From contig CBFHKH010000001.1 in the NCBI GenBank assembly GCA_965656375.1, positions 409,319 through 473,318 of the forward strand: a stretch of DNA of 64,000 bases. The letters run 5' to 3'. Position numbers and translations under genes: made by a program. Each line of letters opens with the position of its first letter. Positions within the stretch are counted from its first letter, which is position 1. The DNA comes from Minisyncoccia bacterium (GTDB lineage: Bacteria > Patescibacteriota > Minisyncoccia > Phycocordibacterales > UBA9973). Below the pieces are notes generated by a model. That model ran no database searches. It had not been told where the DNA came from and saw only the letters and a program-made list of their open reading frames with translations. Shown piece after piece: positions 55,990 through 63,557 of the stretch.

Positions 55990-56838
55990 ATGAAAAAGAA
56001 AGTGCCTAAAAAACAATACCGAAGACCAGGACTCCAGTCGAAGATGAATCCAAAGCCAAAAAGCGACACTTCTGCGACCAAGAATACTCCTCGATTACAA
56101 GATAAGGTTGCGATAATCACCGGAGGAGATAGCGGTATTGGTCGTGCAGTAGCTATCGCATTTGCCAAAGAAGGCGCACAGGTGGCTATTGTATATCTCA
56201 ACGAGCACAAGGACGCAAAGGAAACAAAGCATCTTGTTGAAGAGTATGGAGGAGAGTGTATGCTCATCGCAGGTGATATCGGCCGAGAATCATTCGTAAA
56301 AAAAGCAGTAGGAAGCGTGAAGAAACACTTTAAGAAGATCGACATCATAGTCAACAACGCAGCCGAACAGCATCCACAAAAATCAATATTACAAGTAAGC
56401 GAGCGTCAGATTGAGCGGACATTTCGGACAAATATTTTTGCTCAGTTTTTCATGGTTAAAGCTGCGCTTCCCTATCTCAAAAAAGGAAGTACTATTATAA
56501 ACACCGCATCTGTGACTGCATATCGCGGAAGTAAAGATCTGCTTGATTATTCAGCGACAAAAGGTGCCATCGTAGCGTTCACTCGATCGCTGTCTGAATC
56601 CCTCGCAAAGAAAGGTATTCGAGTAAATGCAGTCGCACCTGGTGCAGTCTGGACTCCCCTCATTCCGTCTACATTTTCCAAAAAGAAAATGAAGAAATTC
56701 GGAACACAGAACCCTATGGAACGAGCAGGTGAACCGGCAGAGATAGCTCCGGCATTCGTATATTTGGCAAGCGAAGACTCGTCATTCATGACAGGCCAAG
56801 TACTCCATCCGAATGGAGGAGAAATAATAAACGGATAG
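55990..56838 (+). CDS. SDR oxidoreductase, YhdF/YdaD (general stress protein 39)-like
   Basis: Q..PG...MNPKP, ITGGDSGIGRAVA, NNAAEQHPQ, YSATKGAI, GQVLHPNGG. Confidence 0.92.
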   Translation: MKKKVPKKQYRRPGLQSKMNPKPKSDTSATKNTPRLQDKVAIITGGDSGIGRAVAIAFAKEGAQVAIVYLNEHKDAKETKHLVEEYGGECMLIAGDIGRESFVKKAVGSVKKHFKKIDIIVNNAAEQHPQKSILQVSERQIERTFRTNIFAQFFMVKAALPYLKKGSTIINTASVTAYRGSKDLLDYSATKGAIVAFTRSLSESLAKKGIRVNAVAPGAVWTPLIPSTFSKKKMKKFGTQNPMERAGEPAEIAPAFVYLASEDSSFMTGQVLHPNGGEIING

Positions 56839-56867
56839 GAGCTATTTTTATTGCTATAGCGATATAT

Positions 56868-58988
56868 TTATAGTCCGAGGTCCTTCATCATCACAGCGTG
56901 TGTGATCGGACCGACGACACCGTCGATGCGAGTGATATTTTTCATCTTTTGATATGTTTTCACTGCATTAAATGTTCGCATACTGAACAGATCTGTTTCT
57001 TTGCCTGGTGCACCTGCCCCATCTGTTGCAAGTACTGCATCGTGCGCATTCAAAAATTGCTGCAATTTTCGTACATCTTCTTTTTTGTTTCCATATCTGA
57101 GCGTTGGATAAAAAGGATACTTAGATGGAATAACTGGTAGAGTTACAAGTGGAGTTGTAGCTGGAAGAGTATTTGTGACTACAGGTTTATAGTTAGGAAT
57201 CTTGTATCCTGATGAGTGATATGGTCGAGACACTGCCACAAATGGACCAATCGTAAGCGTATTTGATTGATTACCAGCGGCATCAGTCGAATAGAATGTG
57301 CAGGAATATGTCTGATTGAGAACAAGAGTAGTGAAAGTTACTTTACCCGACCCTTCATCGGCTATTGGTTGTGACGTTCCACCACATGTACTAATTGTAT
57401 ACGTACCAGATTCAGTCGTAGAAAAACTATAGAATGGGCTCGTATCGACATACACCGGTGCGGCAACTGGTGCGACTTGTGTAAGCACAGGAGCAGTAAG
57501 ATCAATCACAACAGATCCGGCAGCTGAATACGCTGAATCATTTTGAGCATTGTCTCTTGCCGCTACACAGAAATACCACGTACCAGCGGTAAAGATTCCA
57601 CCTGGTGGAGTATATGTTCCGCTTGGGCCCGTTGTGGTAGTGTAGTCATAACAATCTGGAGTCTGTGCCCATTTGAGTAGATACCGTTCAAGCCCAGAGC
57701 CAGAATCAGTTGATTCGCTCCATGTCCATGTAGGAGTAGTGTCATTTGTCGGTGATGGAGTCGAAGGTGTACCCGGAACTGTCGGCGGAGTAAAATCTCC
57801 AGTCGTAAAATTCCATGTTGTACCAAGCGAGATGCCAGCGTAGAAGTTATTTGACCCATCTTTGAATGCAGTTCCCGGGATAGTGACATAATATCCCGTC
57901 AAATCAACTAACGTTGTAGCCGGATTTATCGTGATAGTACTTGTACCGCTACCGGTAACTTTTAGGCCAGTTACATCTATTGTCTCTATAGTAGAATCGT
58001 CTGAGGTCTTCTTGATAAGGATGTCGCCGCTATTTACAGTTACTGCGGTACTAAACGTAAGTACAAGATTACTATTTGGATTTACATTCGTTGCATTATC
58101 AACTGGAGAAAAAGTACTCACTGTTGGATTTGTACCCGTTGTGATGGAGATGTTCTTTGCTATCACTGTCGGCAAATTTCCAGGCGTACCGAATTCAGCT
58201 ACATACCCTGCGAGATTACTACCAGAACATGGCAAGTCATTCCACTTACCAGTCGAGATATAAAATTGGGCACAGTCTTCATTGCCACTGCTATCATTCG
58301 GTTCACCACTCGCCCAGTTTGCATAATTACCTCCTACGGTACTACCGCCACCTGCTCCTGACCAGAATTGCGTTCCGCTTTCTGGACCAGTTACCCATCT
58401 CCAGTTACCTTCTATCGCGCTATCGCTTGCACCAAACCATCCATCACCAACGAGACGAGCCGCAACGAAATCATTTTCAGATTGTGAAGTGATCGTCGCA
58501 AGGTATCCATTTACCCCGTACGCTGTTTGACTCGGAGCCGCCGCTTGAGCTCCATTCCATGTGATGCTTCCACTAATAAATTTATAAAGGTGATTATTCT
58601 CAGAGAAAAATACTTCTCCTGAATTCACGAGAGATACTTCGAGTGTATCTGTACCGGTACTGCCTCGGGTATATGTAAGCGTCGCGAGTGCTGCGTTAAT
58701 ATTTGCGAGTGTTCCAGAGAAGTAGAGCGTCGATCCAGTTGGTGACCCGGTAAATGTAAGTCCTGTTGTTGTGGACATCGCAAGCGTGCCACTCGTAACA
58801 CGAAGTTTAACTGGTGTGGTAGATGGAGTTGTACCGGATATTTGTAGATCAGTAATAGGCATCGCCACACTCACAGTGCCAGAGAAGCTGTTGCTACCGG
58901 TAAGCGCAAGGTCATCCGCGTAGGCGAAATTCGTACTCGAAACAATAAAGAGTAAAATGAAAAAACTTACAAAAAAATAACGTCGCAT
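56868..58988 (-). CDS. Surface protein with C-type lectin, Ig-like and peptidoglycan-binding domains
   Basis: Signal peptide; CTL motifs YLATI, EG.WRW, EPND, WND; Big_5-like SPVDNATNV; C-terminal LRYG...DVRKLQQFLN...DGVVGPIT. Confidence 0.88.
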   Translation of the reverse strand: MRRYFFVSFFILLFIVSSTNFAYADDLALTGSNSFSGTVSVAMPITDLQISGTTPSTTPVKLRVTSGTLAMSTTTGLTFTGSPTGSTLYFSGTLANINAALATLTYTRGSTGTDTLEVSLVNSGEVFFSENNHLYKFISGSITWNGAQAAAPSQTAYGVNGYLATITSQSENDFVAARLVGDGWFGASDSAIEGNWRWVTGPESGTQFWSGAGGGSTVGGNYANWASGEPNDSSGNEDCAQFYISTGKWNDLPCSGSNLAGYVAEFGTPGNLPTVIAKNISITTGTNPTVSTFSPVDNATNVNPNSNLVLTFSTAVTVNSGDILIKKTSDDSTIETIDVTGLKVTGSGTSTITINPATTLVDLTGYYVTIPGTAFKDGSNNFYAGISLGTTWNFTTGDFTPPTVPGTPSTPSPTNDTTPTWTWSESTDSGSGLERYLLKWAQTPDCYDYTTTTGPSGTYTPPGGIFTAGTWYFCVAARDNAQNDSAYSAAGSVVIDLTAPVLTQVAPVAAPVYVDTSPFYSFSTTESGTYTISTCGGTSQPIADEGSGKVTFTTLVLNQTYSCTFYSTDAAGNQSNTLTIGPFVAVSRPYHSSGYKIPNYKPVVTNTLPATTPLVTLPVIPSKYPFYPTLRYGNKKEDVRKLQQFLNAHDAVLATDGAGAPGKETDLFSMRTFNAVKTYQKMKNITRIDGVVGPITHAVMMKDLGL

Positions 58989-59052
58989 ATAGAATAAGTA
59001 TATCAAAATGACAAGGTGCCAACAAGTATAAATCTACGTATATATACTCTAA

Positions 59053-59451
59053 TTACCTTTCGATTACCTTTGTGATAGTGAATATCCCTTTCATATTATA
59101 TTTCTCCCACTGATTGGAACTGAGTGCTTCCTTGATGACAACAAACCCCTCTGCAGTTATAGTTTCCCCACTCTTAAATTGCATCATCGCATCAGCTGAC
59201 GCACCAAAGTTTACGGCATAATAGGTATTCTCATCTGTCTGTAGCCCAAATGCACATTCGAGTGTCTGTGGTCCGCGTGTATCAAGATGCGGCAAGCATA
59301 CATATTTGCCAGTGAGAGTAACATTTTGTGGAGTTGGATCAAGGTCAGCAGGTGCTGTATTTTTATGTGGACGGACAATCAGATACCCGAGAGTAAAAGC
59401 GCAGATGATAATAATCAGAGATATAATAGTTTTCATATGTTGAGTAGTCAT
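59053..59451 (-). CDS. Hypothetical membrane-anchored protein
   Basis: N-terminal TM; CLPH...TLECAFG Cys pair; leaderless promoter supports start 59451. Confidence 0.72.
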   Translation of the reverse strand: MTTQHMKTIISLIIIICAFTLGYLIVRPHKNTAPADLDPTPQNVTLTGKYVCLPHLDTRGPQTLECAFGLQTDENTYYAVNFGASADAMMQFKSGETITAEGFVVIKEALSSNQWEKYNMKGIFTITKVIER

Positions 59452-59496
59452 ATAGAGAGTATACACTAAACTACTATTATTTAGTTTCCCCTACTG

Positions 59497-59586
59497 CTAG
59501 AAAAAGATCCAGTAGATGATAAGCGCAAGGATAAGTCCACCTCCGAGAAACCACGATATTACAGATGCTTTAAGAAAGTTCCACAT
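59497..59586 (-). CDS. 29 aa hydrophobic microprotein (not in ORF track)
   Basis: MWNFLKASVISWFLGGGLILALIIYWIFF; begins 29 nt after DUF892 stop. Confidence 0.65.
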   Translation of the reverse strand: MWNFLKASVISWFLGGGLILALIIYWIFF

Positions 59587-59615
59587 ATAATTATATAAGT
59601 TTATTTCTGTTAAAA

Positions 59616-60125
59616 TTATTCTTCTTCCTCGCTCTCTTCTTCGACTCGTTCAAGATTTTCCGTACAAGCTTCCGCAAGTTTTTCATCAGCTGCAACTTCT
59701 TCTTCGAGTGTCATTTCTAAAAGTTCTACTGCATCATCGAGTCCTAGATTCTGTGCTTCTTCTATAGCCCCCATATAACCAGCCATCTCGTAATGCTCTG
59801 CATATCGAGCAGCAGAAGCAAGCATACTATCTTTGAGAGCACTTGGTGCATCCAATTTCGCGACCCAGTCTCCATCTTTTATTATGCCTTTGATTCCTTC
59901 GCAAGTTACTTTCTTTGGTTTTTCCTCAAGAAGAGAAAATATTTTCTCTAATCTCATACTATGTTCTTTTGTTTCTTCTAAGTGGGAAAGAAACCCTTTT
60001 TTAAGAACAGGATCAGTAGATGCTTTTGCAAGTTTGGGAAGGGCTTTTTCGAGTTGTCTTTCTATATCATAGAGTGCTTGGATTTTTATAACGAATGCAC
60101 TTTCTGTGTCATTTATTTTTTTCAT
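59616..60125 (-). CDS. Ferritin-like DUF892 (YciE/YciF) stress protein
   Basis: LYDIERQLEKALPK, HLEETKEH..RLE, CEGIKGII, EHYEMAGY, TLEEE..ADEKL. Confidence 0.93.
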   Translation of the reverse strand: MKKINDTESAFVIKIQALYDIERQLEKALPKLAKASTDPVLKKGFLSHLEETKEHSMRLEKIFSLLEEKPKKVTCEGIKGIIKDGDWVAKLDAPSALKDSMLASAARYAEHYEMAGYMGAIEEAQNLGLDDAVELLEMTLEEEVAADEKLAEACTENLERVEEESEEEE

Positions 60126-60185
60126 ATATATTTATAATTAAACTTATAATGTCGACATTAATTATTGTATTGATCTCCCCTTATG

Positions 60186-60213
60186 ATGACGTCTTACAAA
60201 TGAAATACTTTCT
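60186..60213 (-). promoter_or_regulatory. ECF promoter, GAAAG class
   Basis: AGAAAG-N16-CGTCAT upstream of DUF892 gene. Confidence 0.68.
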
Positions 60214-60250
60214 CAAGCAAAAAGCCACCGAAGTGGCTTTTTGCTTGAGA
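60211..60250 (-). terminator. Terminator after Asn-rich micro-ORF
   Basis: tctcaagcaaaaagccac-cgaa-gtggctttttgcttgaga. Confidence 0.85.
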
Positions 60251-60251
60251 A

Positions 60252-60407
60252 TTATTCTCCGTCATTCATATTAGTGCCCTTGTTTTCACTACCAGAATTA
60301 TTTTCATTCCCATTGTTGCCATTATTTTGATTCTGGTTCTTATTCTCGTTCTCATTTTCATTTCGAGAGTCTGCGTCATTTCGAGTCTGATTGTTATTGT
60401 TTGCCAT
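60252..60407 (-). CDS. 51 aa acidic Asn-rich disordered microprotein (not in ORF track)
   Basis: MANNNNQTRNDADSRNENENENKNQNQNNGNNGNENNSGSENKGTNMNDGE; own promoter and terminator. Confidence 0.68.
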   Translation of the reverse strand: MANNNNQTRNDADSRNENENENKNQNQNNGNNGNENNSGSENKGTNMNDGE

Positions 60408-60473
60408 AAAATGTATTGAATGGTTATGGTTAGAAATCTAACCTCCTTATAATATTCGACCCTCGCACTAGAG

Positions 60474-60502
60474 TAGACGTGCGAGGGTGTGAAAGTCTTT
60501 CC
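60474..60502 (-). promoter_or_regulatory. ECF promoter, GAAAG class
   Basis: GGAAAG-N17-CGTCTA. Confidence 0.75.
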
Positions 60503-60518
60503 TGTCTAAAATTTAAAT

Positions 60519-61031
60519 TTAATACTGATATCCGGATATTTTTCGAAGTGCGGTGAGCGCTTTACTGATACGTACTGATGCAGCATTTGCAGACACACCA
60601 AGTTTCTCTCCTATTTCTTTTGGAGATAGACCCATCATAAAGCGAAGGTTAAGTATTTCTTTATGCGTGTGAGTAAGTTCATTTACTTTCTGCCAGATAA
60701 GCCTCGATTCAGGCCCAAAGCTCAAATTGTCCATTGATTTTTCATCAATGACTTCATTCACAAATTCCCCCTCACTCATTTCTTCAAGAGATACGCTTTT
60801 TTTCTTGCGGTACCAATCAATGATAAGTCGACGGGTTATAGTGAATATATATGCTTTGCCATTCTTTATAGTCTTGCCAATTGAAAGGCTCTGCCACAGT
60901 CGCAAAAATGCTTCCTGACTGATGTCTTCTGCTTGCTCTTTATTGGATACACGTAACATACAGAATTTCATAATGAGTCCTGATGTTTCTTCGTATATCT
61001 TCTTAAATGTAATAACAATGTGTTTTCTCAT
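60519..61031 (-). CDS. ECF RNA polymerase sigma factor (sigma C, paralog of sigma B)
   Basis: DISQEAFLRLW, IFTITRRLIIDWYRKKKS, GLSPKEIGEKLGVSANAASVR. Confidence 0.93.
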   Translation of the reverse strand: MRKHIVITFKKIYEETSGLIMKFCMLRVSNKEQAEDISQEAFLRLWQSLSIGKTIKNGKAYIFTITRRLIIDWYRKKKSVSLEEMSEGEFVNEVIDEKSMDNLSFGPESRLIWQKVNELTHTHKEILNLRFMMGLSPKEIGEKLGVSANAASVRISKALTALRKISGYQY

Positions 61032-61123
61032 AAGTAGAAATATCGCACTATTTCATTATATACCTACTTTATAATATTAGAAATATCGAAATTCTTTCTT
61101 TTATGTACACACAGCTACATACC

Positions 61124-61157
61124 CTAATACAAGGCCACGCTTGTGGCTTTGTATTAG
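61124..61157 (-). terminator. Terminator after basic Asn-rich micro-ORF
   Basis: ctaatacaaggccac-gctt-gtggctttgtattag. Confidence 0.75.
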
Positions 61158-61164
61158 AGTATGT

Positions 61165-61287
61165 TTATTTACCGCTTATATTTGAACCCCTTTCATTGCG
61201 ATTATTGTTTTTGTTCCTGTTATTTCCAGCTCTATTACGGTTAGCGCTTCTATTCTCAGAAGCATTTCGATTTTGATTGTTTGGCAT
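61165..61287 (-). CDS. 40 aa basic Asn/Arg-rich disordered microprotein
   Basis: MPNNQNRNASENRSANRNRAGNNRNKNNNRNERGSNISGK; C-terminal part of track ORF 61165..61398; own promoter and terminator. Confidence 0.65.
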   Translation of the reverse strand: MPNNQNRNASENRSANRNRAGNNRNKNNNRNERGSNISGK

Positions 61288-61338
61288 ATTGTATATATTA
61301 ATTACTATTACCTTCTTAATACTCGACCCACATCTAAG

Positions 61339-61366
61339 TAGACGGGGTGGAAGTCGTATCCTTTCC
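61339..61366 (-). promoter_or_regulatory. ECF promoter, GAAAG class
   Basis: GGAAAG-N16-CGTCTA. Confidence 0.75.
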
Positions 61367-61390
61367 CTTTGAAAAAATATGTGTGATTTT

Positions 61391-62422
61391 CTATTCAAAT
61401 GCCCGCGAAGAGTCAGCTAGCGCTCGTTTTTTTGCGATGTACGAATCAAGACTATATATTCCAGCTCCCGTCACAACGAGCATCGACAGCGCTCCGAAAA
61501 GCGTCACATGCGAATAAACGGATTCCTTGAAATAGAAAAATGAGAGCGAAATGACAATAAAGGAAACGACAGAAACCAGCCGTACCTCGAAACCGAGAAT
61601 AAGTAATACTCCAAGAAGAAACTCAACGAGTCCTGCTCCGAGAACCCACAGAGCCGGAGATATGGGAATCGCTCGAGCAAGATTATATGTTTGAACAACG
61701 AGTTCGGAATCATGCGGATTAAGAAACTTTTCATACATCGCAAGAAAAATGAATGCACTACCCAAGCCAAGCCGCAAAACAAGCGGTGCATACCTCTGGT
61801 ATTTCGAAGTGTTGTTCTTGCCAATACCAAGCATATCATCAAGGCCAGGACGTTTTGATCCAAGCAAAAGGAGAGCAGTGGCAAGCGCCAGTATATCTAC
61901 ATTACCGATAAGGTACGATGAATGGATAAAACCGAAAAAGAAAAGTGCGATAGCTACAATGAGTGCGGGTGTAATCAAAAATCCAGCAAGCAAGAGGAAT
62001 CCGAGCACAATTTCAGTAAATGCTATAAGTGGTGTCGCCAAAAGTACCGGCGAGATAAATGCGTTTAGAGTACCTGCCCCGAGAAATAGAATGCCGAGAG
62101 AAAGCCGCGCCATCCACGGAAGCAATTCATAGTACGAAGCGAGTTTCTCTCGTACCTTCGAAAGGAATCGCTGTGAACGAGGACGGCTGCGGAAATACAA
62201 GATTGCCCCTACGACAACAAGAAGGACCAAGGATGCACTAACAACAGCCATCGGCGATTGTACTATTCCTGATAAAAGGAAGAGAGGATCACTTCCTTCA
62301 TGTGCGATAAATTCATCATGAGAGATAACATAGCCCACATGTGCGCGTGCGATGTACGGAAAGAGTGACATCGCAAGGCCAACGAGAAATACATTTGTAA
62401 AAAGCGAGTGGATTCTTTTCAT
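61391..62422 (-). CDS. DoxX family membrane protein (duplicated domain)
   Basis: RLSLG and LRLGLG..FI..A.YEK..NP, GLVEFLLG.LL..G...R, GAG.YSLD. Confidence 0.8.
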   Translation of the reverse strand: MKRIHSLFTNVFLVGLAMSLFPYIARAHVGYVISHDEFIAHEGSDPLFLLSGIVQSPMAVVSASLVLLVVVGAILYFRSRPRSQRFLSKVREKLASYYELLPWMARLSLGILFLGAGTLNAFISPVLLATPLIAFTEIVLGFLLLAGFLITPALIVAIALFFFGFIHSSYLIGNVDILALATALLLLGSKRPGLDDMLGIGKNNTSKYQRYAPLVLRLGLGSAFIFLAMYEKFLNPHDSELVVQTYNLARAIPISPALWVLGAGLVEFLLGVLLILGFEVRLVSVVSFIVISLSFFYFKESVYSHVTLFGALSMLVVTGAGIYSLDSYIAKKRALADSSRAFE

Positions 62423-62442
62423 AGATAGTATGATGTTTACAG

Positions 62443-62958
62443 TTATATAGATATCCCAAGTATTTTGAGAACTGTTCCAGCAATAGGGTCAGCAGTAACT
62501 CCGTATACCAGTACCCCACCGAGTAAGCCGGTAAGAGAAATAGCAACGATACCACAAAGGGCAAGAATAAGAGATACCACTCTCTTCGTAAGTAATCGTT
62601 CTAGAAAAAGAGTGAGTTTTGCTATCGATCCTGGAAGCAATTTCGGAATATACTTTTTATTTAGAAATGCGAGAATCTCTCCGGACAAAAGAAGTCCGTA
62701 CATCCATGTAGCGAGTGTCGCAAAAAAGGAATGTGCCTCGACGAGCGTATGAGTAGGACGAACGAGATGTTCGGCTGTCTCACCGGTTGAAAGAGCTACA
62801 AACGCTCCCATTACACCAAGTGCAAGGAAGGTGAACTCGATCTCTCTCCAAGCAATAGTCGGAAACCAGCGTTTGAGCGGTACGATTCGTAACACTGAAT
62901 ACACAAAAAGAAGCGCAATAGGAAAATGTACAAAAAGTGGATGAATGTTATATGTCAT
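62443..62958 (-). CDS. DUF2231-like membrane protein
   Basis: IHPLFVHFPIAL, conserved His, TG.LGG.LVY. Confidence 0.82.
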   Translation of the reverse strand: MTYNIHPLFVHFPIALLFVYSVLRIVPLKRWFPTIAWREIEFTFLALGVMGAFVALSTGETAEHLVRPTHTLVEAHSFFATLATWMYGLLLSGEILAFLNKKYIPKLLPGSIAKLTLFLERLLTKRVVSLILALCGIVAISLTGLLGGVLVYGVTADPIAGTVLKILGISI

Positions 62959-62970
62959 AAGCTTAGTATA

Positions 62971-63552
62971 TCACTTTTTCTTTCGCAAAATAAACACTGT
63001 CATAACGGTATTGGTACAGATCATGGCGATAGAGTGGAACATAGTTGCGATATTGTATGTTTCAAGAGAAAAAAGTGTCAGTATGTGTCGAGAAATATTC
63101 ATCTCGTAGAGAAGAGGTTTTTCAGTTTCCGGATGTGTCCATGTCTTTCTCAAGGTCGGAATAAACGCAATCATATCAATACAAACCACGATAATCACGG
63201 ATAGAGTAGGATCTTTGGTCAGTACCCAAGGGATGAGACCGACAAGTGCGGCAATAAGAAAATAGGTATCTATCCTTCGTGTACGCCCTGCTTCTTGGTG
63301 AAAGAGATATTTCAACGAAAATACAAAGATGATCAGCGTAAATCCCTCTGCAATACCTGTCGGCAGAGCTCCAATACCTGCGCCTTTTGTAAGACCGCCA
63401 AAGAACGTCGTCATCGAAACGATGGACCAAATGAACCACGTATAGGGATGCGGTTTTACCTTTCCGCGAAATGTATCTCTCAGATACGAAATGTTGCCGA
63501 CAATAGCAAGAATAGATGCGACAATAGCGATGACTGTTTTAAGATCAAACAT
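62971..63552 (-). CDS. Hypothetical integral membrane protein
   Basis: YLRD..RG..KPH..TW.IW, PTLRKTW..P..E; start reassigned to MFDLK. Confidence 0.75.
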   Translation of the reverse strand: MFDLKTVIAIVASILAIVGNISYLRDTFRGKVKPHPYTWFIWSIVSMTTFFGGLTKGAGIGALPTGIAEGFTLIIFVFSLKYLFHQEAGRTRRIDTYFLIAALVGLIPWVLTKDPTLSVIIVVCIDMIAFIPTLRKTWTHPETEKPLLYEMNISRHILTLFSLETYNIATMFHSIAMICTNTVMTVFILRKKK

Positions 63553-63557
63553 GGAAA

